A DNA stretch of 64,000 nt, taken from an uncultured archaeon. Its GTDB lineage: Archaea; Asgardarchaeota; Lokiarchaeia; Sigyniarchaeales; SOKP01. Of this stretch, positions 1 to 10,060 are shown in pieces. The notes below the pieces were generated by a model. That model had not been told where the DNA came from. It was given only the letters and a program-made list of their open reading frames with translations, and did not search any database. The stretch spans positions 264,142-328,141 of the forward strand of contig CAZALK010000001.1 of NCBI GenBank assembly GCA_964486045.1. Direction: 5' to 3'. Positions within the stretch are counted from its first letter, which is position 1. Each line of letters starts with the position of its first letter. A program made the position numbers and the translations under genes.

Positions 1-1
1 G

Positions 2-1219
2 AAAACAGAAACCGAATCCGTTGTTTTAGGTGATTCAAAATTAGGATCAGCAGGTAAAAAGCTTCTTAGTTTATTGCCTACACATAAAAGTATAACAAAG
101 AATCGATTTATTAAAGTCTTTGAACTTGAAGCACTAGTAGACATTGATGAATGGCTATTAAGTCTTCCAAAAGAACTAGGTGTTTTTCTTAATGTTAAAG
201 ATAACGTCATAATGTTTGAAAAGAAAGCTTCAAGTAAGGTAAAATTAAGAATAGCAGAACATTTTGATGATTGGATTTCAAACTTAATGAATAAACTGAC
301 AAAAGTAGATGAATCCGCTGTTAATAAAGAAATAAAAAGAATTCCAAGTATTTTAGGAGCTGGGTATCATAATTTTTTTAAAATAGATATCAAAAAGGAA
401 AATAGAAAATCTCTAATTCTTCATATAATTGGTCATAACCAATTTACTTCAAAATCTAAATACGGAGATAGGACTTACACTACTTTTAGAGTAAATGAAG
501 AAGTTAAACGGAGTGTTACAGATTTCCAACCAGATATAATAGAAAAAGCAAAAAAATCTACTGTAAAGAGGGAGATCTCTCATAGAAATGGAACCCGACA
601 CTACTATGTAAGCCCCGGAGGTAGAAACATTAGTCGTTTAATAAAAACTTCAGAAAAAGATTTTGAAACTAGCTTAAAAAACCTCTTGATTGAAGTTATT
701 CCTGTAAAAAATATCTCATATTCAATTATTGCCCCATCAAAAAAACAAAATATCTTAAACGTGTCTTCACCTCGAAAAATTTGTGTTAAGTGTGGTAAAA
801 TATTTACTCCTGTAATGTGAGATGGGTGGGAGATTAAATATTTATCACTAGAAAATGTTTATATCTGTGAGGAATGTAATCCTAAACTTAAAAAAATTGT
901 CCAGGGAGAAAATATTGAAAGATCTAATAAGGAGTTAAACATTAAAGAAACACGATCAAAAAAATCAAAGTTCAGAATCTTTTCTATATTAAATATAATA
1001 CTACTTCTGGCTGTTGGATTGTCTTTACTATCCCTTTTATTCCCTATTATTATTTTTAGCATATTAGAAGTTTATTTAGTAATAAAATGGAAGTTAAAAT
1101 CTAACCAACTTAAAAATTTGAAATGGGAAGAATCTGTTAGAAGAAGAGCGGTTCTGAATAGTGTTAAACAATACGAAGGTGAATTATTAAAAAAGAAATT
1201 TATACCTGAAATCTGCTAA
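2..1219 (+). pseudogene. Hypothetical zinc-finger/membrane protein, open from the window edge, interrupted by an in-frame TGA at 818-820
   Basis: ORFs 74..820 and 1019..1219 share a frame. Reading through the TGA gives CVKC-GKIFTPVM*DGWEIKYLSLENVYI-CEEC (one zinc finger split by the stop), then a hydrophobic segment. More in-frame stops follow 1219. Confidence 0.55.
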
Positions 1220-1388
1220 AATCCCAAGAAAAGCAAAAAAAATATATATTGAGACCAGCAAACAAACATCAAGGAAGTAGATAAGATATTACAAGAATTG
1301 AATAAAGAGAAATAGAACCTAGAGAAAAAAAGAAATAGATTGTTACAAAGAATGAGTATAATAAAAATTACAATTAAAGGTTATAATA

Positions 1389-3047
1389 ATGTGTGAGAAC
1401 AAATTTAGTGATTATCTGTTTAGAATTCCTGCAAATGAATTATTCAATAAACTCTTAAACTTACCGGAAATTTTAATTTATGGAATTCATAGGGATGGAA
1501 AACCAGAAATTTTGTACTCAAATGAAAAGGAATTTACTATTAAATGGCCTATAAGTGGTGTCGGAACCAACTCAACTAAATTTAAGCTAATTGAAAAGGA
1601 ATTGAATGCAATAATTATTTATGATTTTGAATATGATTATACAGAACCAGAGGTTATTAATCAAAATGGGAGATTAACTTTAATTTTCGAGGAGATTGCT
1701 CCTGAAAAAGTAATATTAAAAGTTTTAGTTCATGTTTTTGAACCCAGTGAATCTTTTAAAAAATATTTGAGTGGGAAGCTCAGATCAGATTTACTTTTTG
1801 GTTTAGACATGAATCATCAACTAGAAGTTTTACCAGTCAATTATTATTATACTTTTTCTAATAATGTGAGAGAGGTATTTGATTTATTATTGGATTTACC
1901 AAGTCTCTTGTTTAATTATTTTGAAAAGACTGAAGATTCAAACGAAAACGAATATACGGTTAAAATTAAAGGATATGGTGATAGTGATAATTATAGTTTT
2001 TTCAAATTTAAAATAATTGAAAAAGAATTAGATAAAAAAATTACCTATGATTATGATTTTAGAGAATCAAAAATCATTGGGACTAATCATAAGGGAAGAT
2101 TATCTGTAATATTTGACGAAATTAGCCCTGTTAAAGTAAACTTAAAAGTATATAGCTATCACGATTGGCTCGGGGAATCATTAAATAAAAAGTTAAAGAG
2201 ACAAGATATTAGAAAACTATTTGTGAGGATTAGGGGGAAAATAAGAGCAGTTCATGATGGTAGTCTTGGTCTCCGTCGTGGTCTTACCCTAATTCTAGAT
2301 GGGCTTAATATTACTGATATAAAGAATGAAGTAAAAGGACTTGAAAATCATACTGATTTAACTGACTTGCATCTTTTGTTTAATAACATTAAACAAATCT
2401 CTGGTCTTGACAATCTAGTAAATTTAACAAATCTTTATCTGAGAGATAATAAGATTGAGTGGATAAGCGGATTAGATAACCTTCCCAACCTGGAATTACT
2501 TGATTTAAGTGAAAACAACATACATGAGATTGAAGGTCTAGAAAACCTAACAAATCTACGATTTTTGTATCTTAATGATAATAAAATCTCTAAAATAAGA
2601 GGAATGGAAAATCTTGAAAAACTTCAACATTTTGAAATTAAAAATAATCTAATTCCAGAGGATATTATAACGGAATTAGGAGGATATGAAAAAACTAGAT
2701 ACGGTACTGTCCTTGAACACGTACGTTTTCCGCAAAGATTTGTGAGATATTGCAGAAAATCAAATATTATAACTGAACCTGAAAAAAGATTTGAAATAAA
2801 AGAAAATATACTAATAGCTAAGTTAAAGGAATTTGCAGAAGTCGCTCGAAAAATTCGGCTTAGTATGCTTAGAAATGCCTTAGATTTAGATAAGAGAACG
2901 TTTGATAACAAAATATTCAAATGGGCAAAAGAATTTAACTTTAAAATTGATGGAGATTTTATAATTATTGAGGGAGATATTACAGAATTCATTAATTCCT
3001 TAGATAATAAATTCAAGGATTGGGAAAAAGGGAGTAAAAAAATTTAA
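1389..3047 (+). CDS. LRR protein: two N-terminal repeated domains, SDS22-like LRRs, divergent C-terminal winged helix and tail
   Basis: Duplicated FKxIEKEL...GRLxxIFxEIxPxKVxLKV block; LxLxxNxIxxIxGLxNL repeats; tail FINSLDNKFKDWEK. Confidence 0.8.
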   Translation: MCENKFSDYLFRIPANELFNKLLNLPEILIYGIHRDGKPEILYSNEKEFTIKWPISGVGTNSTKFKLIEKELNAIIIYDFEYDYTEPEVINQNGRLTLIFEEIAPEKVILKVLVHVFEPSESFKKYLSGKLRSDLLFGLDMNHQLEVLPVNYYYTFSNNVREVFDLLLDLPSLLFNYFEKTEDSNENEYTVKIKGYGDSDNYSFFKFKIIEKELDKKITYDYDFRESKIIGTNHKGRLSVIFDEISPVKVNLKVYSYHDWLGESLNKKLKRQDIRKLFVRIRGKIRAVHDGSLGLRRGLTLILDGLNITDIKNEVKGLENHTDLTDLHLLFNNIKQISGLDNLVNLTNLYLRDNKIEWISGLDNLPNLELLDLSENNIHEIEGLENLTNLRFLYLNDNKISKIRGMENLEKLQHFEIKNNLIPEDIITELGGYEKTRYGTVLEHVRFPQRFVRYCRKSNIITEPEKRFEIKENILIAKLKEFAEVARKIRLSMLRNALDLDKRTFDNKIFKWAKEFNFKIDGDFIIIEGDITEFINSLDNKFKDWEKGSKKI

Positions 3048-3285
3048 CATATTTTTTAATATTTTATATATAAAATTAAAGGGATACAAACTTAATTTAG
3101 AATAATTACTACTTAATTTAGATAATTTTACAGACCTTAAATTTCTCACAAAAAATTTGTTTAAAATTATTGGGGTGCGGACATTTAAAAATGTATCGTC
3201 ATAAAATGGGACATTTCATGGGGTCACTCTCCAGATGTGTCAACCTCACTCTCTCCTACCTTTTTTTTAAATTACAAATAAGGAG

Positions 3286-3519
3286 GTGGAAAAAATGAGT
3301 AGAATAAAAAAAACTTTGAATTACATTTCAACTTTCTTATTGTTTGTATTGTTTTTTATGATTATAGTATATATTAGTATGACTATAACAAATTTTAGCG
3401 ATTTAGGAATAGAGGTCCCATTTGGAACGATTTTATTCTTTATGATTTTAATTTGTATATTTGTTTTAATTTTTATTATCGCTCTCAATGTTTCGCAATC
3501 AGAAGAAATTGTAAAATAA
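3286..3519 (+). CDS. Small two-TM membrane protein
   Basis: Two hydrophobic stretches; AGGAGG ribosome-binding-like motif at the start. Confidence 0.55.
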   Translation: MEKMSRIKKTLNYISTFLLFVLFFMIIVYISMTITNFSDLGIEVPFGTILFFMILICIFVLIFIIALNVSQSEEIVK

Positions 3520-4022
3520 GTTTGTAACCCAAGAATTATTTAAAAACTTTTGTAAAAACTTTTGAACATATCCACCAGGATATGGTTCTCCACAGTGGGA
3601 CCAGACCAAGATTTATTATAGTAATCACACCTGAAAATACCAAGCAAAATAAGGAATGTTATCGCTAGAAATCCTAAAATAGGGATAAATAAATTATACT
3701 TTGGATTTAACAACACTGTCAAGCTAAGAAATCCGATATAAATTGAAGTACCAACAAAACTAGTAATATGAGATCTTAGATCTCATGGTCGCAAAACAAA
3801 TATCCGAAGAGATTTTAAGTACAAAAGGGGATTAAACCAGGATCCAAATGATTCAAAAATGCATCTTGAAGAGACTCCTTTTAAATCCTATAAATTTATG
3901 ATTTTATCTGATATCACGTTTTTTATTACAAAATCAACTTTCTCTTTTTCTTTAAATAATCCCGACATTTTTTGTAGTAATACCCTAATTACTAAAATAA
4001 AGTACAAAATAATGACTGATAA

Positions 4023-4165
4023 AATATTCCCCTGAAAAGGAAACTTCCCAAACATTCTTGATCGACTCCTGGATAATTGAAAAAAATAGGGTTGCTGTAT
4101 AATAAATAATATCTTTTTTTATTTCCTATAACTTTTTTAGACCTTAGACATCAAACTGAAATTAA
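4023..4165 (+). repeat. Diverged copy of the 3' end and downstream DNA of ORF 5030..5329
   Basis: Encodes YSPEKETSQTFLIDSWIIEKNRVAV*, matching 5250-5329; similarity continues into the AT-rich 3' region. Confidence 0.85.
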
Positions 4166-4176
4166 AGTTACAAAAT

Positions 4177-4866
4177 TTACCATGGTAGTTCTTCAATAAC
4201 CTCAACTTCACCTTCAAATAATACCTCGTCTTGTTTAGATTCTGGACCCTTTATTCCTGCCCAATATAAACTTGCGTTAGAACGATATTTGTTTATTGAA
4301 AATGTATCATTAGTTAAAAACTGACTACTTCCTCTAAAACTTTTGCCAGATAACCTCAATCTAAATATCTTTCCTTGAAGTCTTGTTTTCCAAAACGTTA
4401 ATGATTCCTCATCAGGTATAACCCATATACACTTAAGTCTCGATGGGTAATTTCGGAATATTACATTTTCATTTCGAACTTGTTCAAATACTAATTCTCT
4501 CATCAACATAGTATATTCTCTCAAAGCGAGATGCGCATTTTCCAATAATCTATAAGGTTCCTCATATAAAGGTGGATCTATATCATCTATTCTTTCCATT
4601 TCCCCTTTTCTTACCTTAAGTATATGATCAATTAATCCATATATAGGATGGGATTCTCTTTGACCCTGATATACTATTCTAATATCATAATATATATTAA
4701 AAAATTCATTATAATCATTTCCTATCAATTTTTTTTGACCAACACTCCATTGGTGCGGCGAATCACTTCTTTGAATGTGAAAGTACTCTTTATTTTGAAG
4801 ATTTTTCATGGTGTCATTCGGAGTGATTTTAATCGTGTTATCTTTTGGATTAATCGTAATTTTCAT
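4177..4866 (-). CDS. DUF2441-like protein (ADP-ribosyltransferase-like fold)
   Basis: RELVFEQVR...YPSRLKCIW motif, N-terminal YFH, C-terminal YW...EVLFEG. Confidence 0.65.
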   Translation of the reverse strand: MKITINPKDNTIKITPNDTMKNLQNKEYFHIQRSDSPHQWSVGQKKLIGNDYNEFFNIYYDIRIVYQGQRESHPIYGLIDHILKVRKGEMERIDDIDPPLYEEPYRLLENAHLALREYTMLMRELVFEQVRNENVIFRNYPSRLKCIWVIPDEESLTFWKTRLQGKIFRLRLSGKSFRGSSQFLTNDTFSINKYRSNASLYWAGIKGPESKQDEVLFEGEVEVIEELPW

Positions 4867-5029
4867 AATGTTAATAATCTCTTAAAATTAATTAAACAAA
4901 CAGATTATTAAAAACTGTGATTTTATTTTTAGTAAATTTCATCAATTTGTATGGCTTTTTCAGAAAATTTGGGCATTTGACAAAGATTTTCAACTAGGGT
5001 ATGTTCAAACAGAGTTTAAAGAATTCTGT

Positions 5030-5329
5030 TTGTTTAAAGCAAATAATATAATAAGAGAGGAAAAGATTATATCTCAAAATCAAGAAATAAAAGAAGAAGA
5101 GTCTGAGTTAATAGTGGTAGAAGAGATAAGTGGTGGAGATGATCTTACAAAAGTGCAAGGAATAATTGCTGGAGAAACGGAAAAAGCCGTGCTTCTTAAA
5201 TTAAAAAGTGGGGCGGAAAATTGGTTTCCTAAATCGACGATTAAATCTCAATATTCTCCTGAAAAAGAAACCTCACAGACGTTCCTCATCGACTCCTGGA
5301 TTATTGAAAAAAATAAAATTGCTGTATAA
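5030..5329 (+). CDS. Small beta-barrel protein (ETEKAVLL...WFPKS), possibly the C-terminal remnant of a longer gene
   Basis: ORF track; partial copies at 4023 and 23036. Confidence 0.5.
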   Translation: MFKANNIIREEKIISQNQEIKEEESELIVVEEISGGDDLTKVQGIIAGETEKAVLLKLKSGAENWFPKSTIKSQYSPEKETSQTFLIDSWIIEKNKIAV

Positions 5330-5575
5330 TTAATAATTTATTTTTTAATTCCTATTTTCTTTTTTAACCCTTAAGAAAAGAAACCAAAATTATTCTTGAT
5401 AAAAGAAATCTAATCACGAGGTTACTTTAAAATTTCTGGTAATATCACCAGATTATATAAGTACTAAGCATTAATATATTTATATGGATTAAATATATAT
5501 CTCACTTTATAGAAGGGAACATTATATAAAGCTAAATAATTTTTTTAACTATTCCGTTATGAAAATCATAAAAGA

Positions 5576-5680
5576 AGCTCTAAAGCAGTTGCTTTTGATC
5601 AACAGGCAAATATTGAAGAAATTGATAAATTAATGGCATCTTATAAAGAATGGGAAGAGAAAAGGATAAGTAAGAAATAG
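5576..5680 (+). pseudogene. Orphan C-terminal tail of the shared winged-helix/PCI-like module
   Basis: Translates SSKAVAFDQQANIEEIDKLMASYKEWEEKRISKK*; in-frame stop at 5546-5548 and no start codon. Confidence 0.85.
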
Positions 5681-5826
5681 TTATTGATTAATCAGATGGT
5701 TATCAGTTATTAACGCGATTTTTCACATATTTAATACAGGAAAAAGCTTAAACTGTATTTTTAGCTTAGATGGAAATATACATTTCTAACTCAAGAAATC
5801 CTTTACTTTTAAGCTCCTTAATCAAT

Positions 5827-7203
5827 CTATTTTTTTTTAAATTTTCCTTCTTCCCAGTCTTCATATGTTTTCATCAATTTATCAATTTCATCAATTCTAA
5901 TTTCTTGATCAAAAGCAATAGACTTACTACTTTCAAAATATTTTGCGTAAATTTCATTATTTTCAATCATTTCTTTTACAGTTGATTCTATTATATCATC
6001 TTCTTCTCGACATTCTTCCGCAATTTCTTTAATTTTAATTCTAACAAATTTAGTCCCAAGTTGTATTACAGTGTTTTTAATTTTTCCAATTTTTGTTAGA
6101 TTGATCAATTCTTTTATTCTCTGAGTTTGATCATTTTTTTTGTTAGAGTTCTTAATCTTATTTACGAAATCTAAGGCTTCTTCAAAATTATTTAAAGATT
6201 CTTTGAAATTCATATTTTTTTTAAGTTCATTACCTCTTATCATTTTTTCATTTATTATTTCAAGATAAACAGTATCAATATGATTGTTGATCTCTTGCTC
6301 TTTAAGCTTCCTTTTATCTTCCAATTTTATGTTTATGGCTTTTAATAAGGCATCATTAAGAATAGCTATAGTCTTATTCAAATCATTTTCTCTTCTTTTC
6401 ATATCTGCCTGTTTTATTAAATTATTTATTTCTATAAGGTATATTTGATCAAAAATTCCATTAGTTTCATTAATCGAATTATTTTTTACTTCTGAATTAG
6501 AAATTTTTTTTACCAGTTCTAAAGCGAGATTTAACTTCTTATAAGCTTCATTAAGGTTTTTACTCTCTTTTAATTTCTTTGCATTTTCATTTAATAATTG
6601 AATCTCTGATCGATATGCATTATCAAGTTTATTTATGATCATATTTTCAATTCGGGTAGGTTTATTAAATTCACTTTGATGTAGTTTGCCTCTTCTTTCT
6701 AATGCTAATTCTTGTTTGATATTTTTTAATCTTAATTCTTCTTCTAAATTTTTAGACTTTATTTTATTTGTAACTAGATTGATAATTCGGCGAAAGTTGA
6801 GACCACATCTAAAGCAATTCGGTTCAAATTTATGACGTATTAATCCGCATCGAGGACATTTTTTTATTTCACTTAATTTTATCTTTTTAAATTGGATATC
6901 AGGATATGTAAGTACAAATAATTTATTAACTAGCTTGAAAGCAGATTCATATACAGATATAGGAGACTTATTTTTATCGCCTTCTTCTATTAACGAATTT
7001 ATTTTATTGGTGTAAATTATATTATGCTTTTGTTCACTTGTTTTTAGCTTAGATTTAATCTTTTCTCTAAAGTCCATATCTTGCCCATTGAATCCAGAAA
7101 ACTCAATATTTAATGCTTCTTTAAACAGTTTACATGCGTCTTCATAGTTTTTCTTGCCAAATTTTACTAATCCTTGCTCATACAAATCCTTAAGTCTAAT
7201 CAT
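5827..7203 (-). CDS. TPR-like helical-repeat protein with zinc ribbon and C-terminal PCI-like winged helix
   Basis: CPRC...CFRC; helical repeats; C-terminus LGTKFVRIKIKEIAEEC...EIYAKYF...EIDKLMKTYEDWEE. Confidence 0.85.
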   Translation of the reverse strand: MIRLKDLYEQGLVKFGKKNYEDACKLFKEALNIEFSGFNGQDMDFREKIKSKLKTSEQKHNIIYTNKINSLIEEGDKNKSPISVYESAFKLVNKLFVLTYPDIQFKKIKLSEIKKCPRCGLIRHKFEPNCFRCGLNFRRIINLVTNKIKSKNLEEELRLKNIKQELALERRGKLHQSEFNKPTRIENMIINKLDNAYRSEIQLLNENAKKLKESKNLNEAYKKLNLALELVKKISNSEVKNNSINETNGIFDQIYLIEINNLIKQADMKRRENDLNKTIAILNDALLKAINIKLEDKRKLKEQEINNHIDTVYLEIINEKMIRGNELKKNMNFKESLNNFEEALDFVNKIKNSNKKNDQTQRIKELINLTKIGKIKNTVIQLGTKFVRIKIKEIAEECREEDDIIESTVKEMIENNEIYAKYFESSKSIAFDQEIRIDEIDKLMKTYEDWEEGKFKKK

Positions 7204-7257
7204 TCGGGTTCTTTTCTCCTGGAATAAATCAATTACCTTTATCCTCTCTAATTATTT

Positions 7258-7346
7258 TTAATATATATTTTGAGAAGTAAACTTAGAATCAAGTTGAGTT
7301 GAATAATTCTTTAAGAGACAAGATTCCACTTCGTTTTTTAAGTATT
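7258..7346 (-). repeat. 89-bp copy of the 3' end of the Rab-like gene at 23623-23711
   Basis: About 5 mismatches over 89 bp by eye; encodes LKKRSGILSLKELFNST*. Confidence 0.9.
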
Positions 7347-7590
7347 CTATTAGATATTAATAGGTAAGGTGAAATAATCATTGAGACTATTAGAATCCAA
7401 AGATATAATTTAAAAAACTTATAGCTTGTTGGATTTTTCTTAGATAATAAAATTTTAATTTTAAACACTTCTTTCCTAAAACCTGATTTTTAGTATCGAT
7501 TTCCAAGTAATAAATTAAATCTTATCTTATATAAAAATTGCTTTCCTAACATAGTGTTCATTAAAATATTAAACTTTTACAAAAACAAAG

Positions 7591-7618
7591 AATGTTCCCA
7601 TATGGAAACATTTATATA
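7591..7618 (+). promoter_or_regulatory. 22-bp palindrome (putative operator) abutting a TATA box upstream of the UFM cluster
   Basis: AATGTTCCCAT/ATGGAAACATT pairs at 10 of 11 positions (7591-7612); TTTATATA at 7611-7618; ATG at 7664. Confidence 0.6.
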
Positions 7619-7663
7619 TTTAAACAACCTTTTTAAATATATATCAATAGATGAATTTTATCC

Positions 7664-9058
7664 ATGCCAAATTCAAAGAAAAAAGATAATCCAACTCGAG
7701 AACTGCCGATAAGCCTACAAGGTATCGAAACTATTTTACTATTTTTAAATGAAAAGGATAAAACAACGTCGAGTATCCGAAATATTAGCGAACAGACCAG
7801 ACTTTCCATGAGAGTCGTAAAAAATATACTTTTACAATTGGAAAAATTCAATCAAGTAGAGAGAGTCACAGTAAAAAATAACATCCTTCCAAAATGGGGG
7901 ATTACAAAATTTGGAAAGAAAGTTATAAAAGAAGCGAAGGGTATAGAAAAGAATATTAAATTTTTGAGTAGAGAAGATGAATTGTTATATAGAATTTCTG
8001 TCTATGAAAGCATTGATGACTTAAAAGAAGAAAGCAGGCAAAAACAAGAATCTATTATTTCTGAATTAGGGGCCTTACAAGTTGAATTAAGTAAAATCTT
8101 TGGTCCAATCCTTAACATAAATAATCCGATTTTTGAAGATTTGGTGAGTTTTTTTATTAAGCGAGTCAAATTTCTTAACCAACGAGTATCAAATTTACTT
8201 AAAGACCCAATTGCCAGTTATTCATTAAAAAAGATAGGTGAAAAACAGAAAAAAGTTTCAAAAGAAAAAGAAAAACTTTTATTCACAGAAATTTATTTCT
8301 TCAATTCAGTAATATTAAACGAAATAAAGCGGATATCTGATTTCATGATTAATTTATCGCACTTTATTGAGAATGAAGCGATTTCTAATGCTTATTCAGT
8401 AGCAATCGATCTGAGGGAAGAGATTAGATTATTAACAAGTTTTATTTATCAAAGAGAATCTTTAACTGTAAATTCTCATAAACTCCCAACTGAAGATTTA
8501 AAGCAGTTATCTAAAAATAAATTTAGCGTAGAAATTTTAGATAATATAATTGAAATTCCTATGGATGACCCACAGCGAATGAAGGGAATAGAAGATGCTG
8601 TTTTAGAATTCTTGGCTTCGCTAAATAAAGGTGAGAAACTATTAAAAGACCATAGCCATGAAATTTCTGAAAATATTCCTTTATATGCTTTATATCAATT
8701 AATTTTGGATGAAAAACCAAATTTGAATTTTACCATAGATAAATTGGAACGTGTAATAAATTCTCTTGCTGATAGTGGATACATACCAGGAATAAAGATT
8801 ATCCAAGAAGATGAAGACCATTATCTTAAAGTTGTTCAATTGAGAGCACATGATATTTCAGAGGATGAATCAAATCTCATTTCTTTTGCGCTTAAACTTC
8901 AAAAATTCACAATAGCTGATATGATAGGAGCAAGTGGTTGGACCATGGCAAAAATTACTAAAATTTTAAATACACTTACCGAGCTTGGAATCATCAAATA
9001 TTCGAAATCTTTTTTACACGGTGAACAATGGTATATAGTTTCTGAGCATAATGATTAA
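7664..9058 (+). CDS. N-terminal winged-HTH, helical middle, C-terminal tandem winged helices resembling ESCRT-II Vps22/Vps36 (EAP30)
   Basis: SIRNISEQTRLSMRVVKNILLQLE HTH; C-terminus FTIADMIGASGWTMAKITKILNTLTELGIIKY...GEQWY resembles the SNF8/Vps22 second winged helix. Confidence 0.7.
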   Translation: MPNSKKKDNPTRELPISLQGIETILLFLNEKDKTTSSIRNISEQTRLSMRVVKNILLQLEKFNQVERVTVKNNILPKWGITKFGKKVIKEAKGIEKNIKFLSREDELLYRISVYESIDDLKEESRQKQESIISELGALQVELSKIFGPILNINNPIFEDLVSFFIKRVKFLNQRVSNLLKDPIASYSLKKIGEKQKKVSKEKEKLLFTEIYFFNSVILNEIKRISDFMINLSHFIENEAISNAYSVAIDLREEIRLLTSFIYQRESLTVNSHKLPTEDLKQLSKNKFSVEILDNIIEIPMDDPQRMKGIEDAVLEFLASLNKGEKLLKDHSHEISENIPLYALYQLILDEKPNLNFTIDKLERVINSLADSGYIPGIKIIQEDEDHYLKVVQLRAHDISEDESNLISFALKLQKFTIADMIGASGWTMAKITKILNTLTELGIIKYSKSFLHGEQWYIVSEHND

Positions 9059-9111
9059 TTTAAGAATATATAAAATAATTGAATAAAAAAATTAATTTAA
9101 AATTAAAATAA

Positions 9112-9975
9112 GTGAGGATAAACATGTTTAGAGAAATAAAACATAAAAAGTTCAAAGATTCTGACCCTCAAATTATAGCATGGCAGAGAGGAGATAGGGG
9201 AGCTTTCGATACCCCGTTAATGTATATCTTTCCTCAAAGGGGAGATAACATTAAGGAAAAGAAATTTTTTGCTGTAAAAGACTATGAAAAAGCAATTTTT
9301 TACAATAAAGGAGCGTTAGTTGCTGTTCTTGGAGGGGGTATATACGAACTTGATAAGAATGCAAGAATTAAAGGGACTGAAATAGTTTGGATTGATACAT
9401 CCTTTACTGAAATTCCATGGGGTATTCCACAATCGGAGGGTATTCCTACTAAAGATGGATATATTATTGGATTATATGGAGATTTAAAATTAAAAATTAG
9501 TGACCCAAAAATATTCTATAACGATGTCGTAGCAGGTACGAAGATATGGACTATTCAAAATCTTAAAGAGTGGATTGTTGGTCTTATACATACATCTTTA
9601 CGAGATATATTCAAGACTTGTACTGCGAAAAGTATAATTTTAGAAGATCGTGAGCGTGTAATTAACTTAATAACATCTAAAGTTACTGAAGAATTTTTAA
9701 GATATGGTTTAGAACTTGAAACATTTAATGTAATTGGTATAAAAGCTCCTGAAGATGCTGAAAAATTATTAATGGATGATAGAGAAAAAATTCAATATAT
9801 TACTAAACAGAAAAAGGATCTCAAGAATCGCATTGAAGATCTAAAGAATAAATTAAAAGAACAACAGGATCTTTTAATAAATGATAAAATTACTCAAGAA
9901 GATTACGAGAAAAAGAAAAAGCAAATTCAAATTTTTATCGACGAAGTTCAAGAGGAATTAAAAACAATTAGTTAA
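9112..9975 (+). CDS. SPFH (band 7) domain protein with coiled coil and SHOCT-like tail
   Basis: VKDYEKAIFYNKG..LGGGIYEL; IPWG; EEFLRYGLELETFNVIGI; ITQEDYEKKKKQI. Confidence 0.8.
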   Translation: MRINMFREIKHKKFKDSDPQIIAWQRGDRGAFDTPLMYIFPQRGDNIKEKKFFAVKDYEKAIFYNKGALVAVLGGGIYELDKNARIKGTEIVWIDTSFTEIPWGIPQSEGIPTKDGYIIGLYGDLKLKISDPKIFYNDVVAGTKIWTIQNLKEWIVGLIHTSLRDIFKTCTAKSIILEDRERVINLITSKVTEEFLRYGLELETFNVIGIKAPEDAEKLLMDDREKIQYITKQKKDLKNRIEDLKNKLKEQQDLLINDKITQEDYEKKKKQIQIFIDEVQEELKTIS

Positions 9976-10060
9976 AACAAATTATATTATCCTAATTTCA
10001 GGGAAATCTCGAAAAATGAAGAATAATTAATTAAAAAAATTAGACAAAGAAAAAATTTAA

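Noticed and set aside
799-843. Second BHB intron removing the TGA at 818
   Set aside because: The 3' bulge is 2 nt, there is no inner helix, and canonical cuts do not restore the frame
3170-3265. Relatively GC-rich intergenic patch sharing AAAAATGTATCG with ~12545
   Set aside because: No tRNA cloverleaf or terminal inverted repeats, and the match is too short in AT-rich DNA
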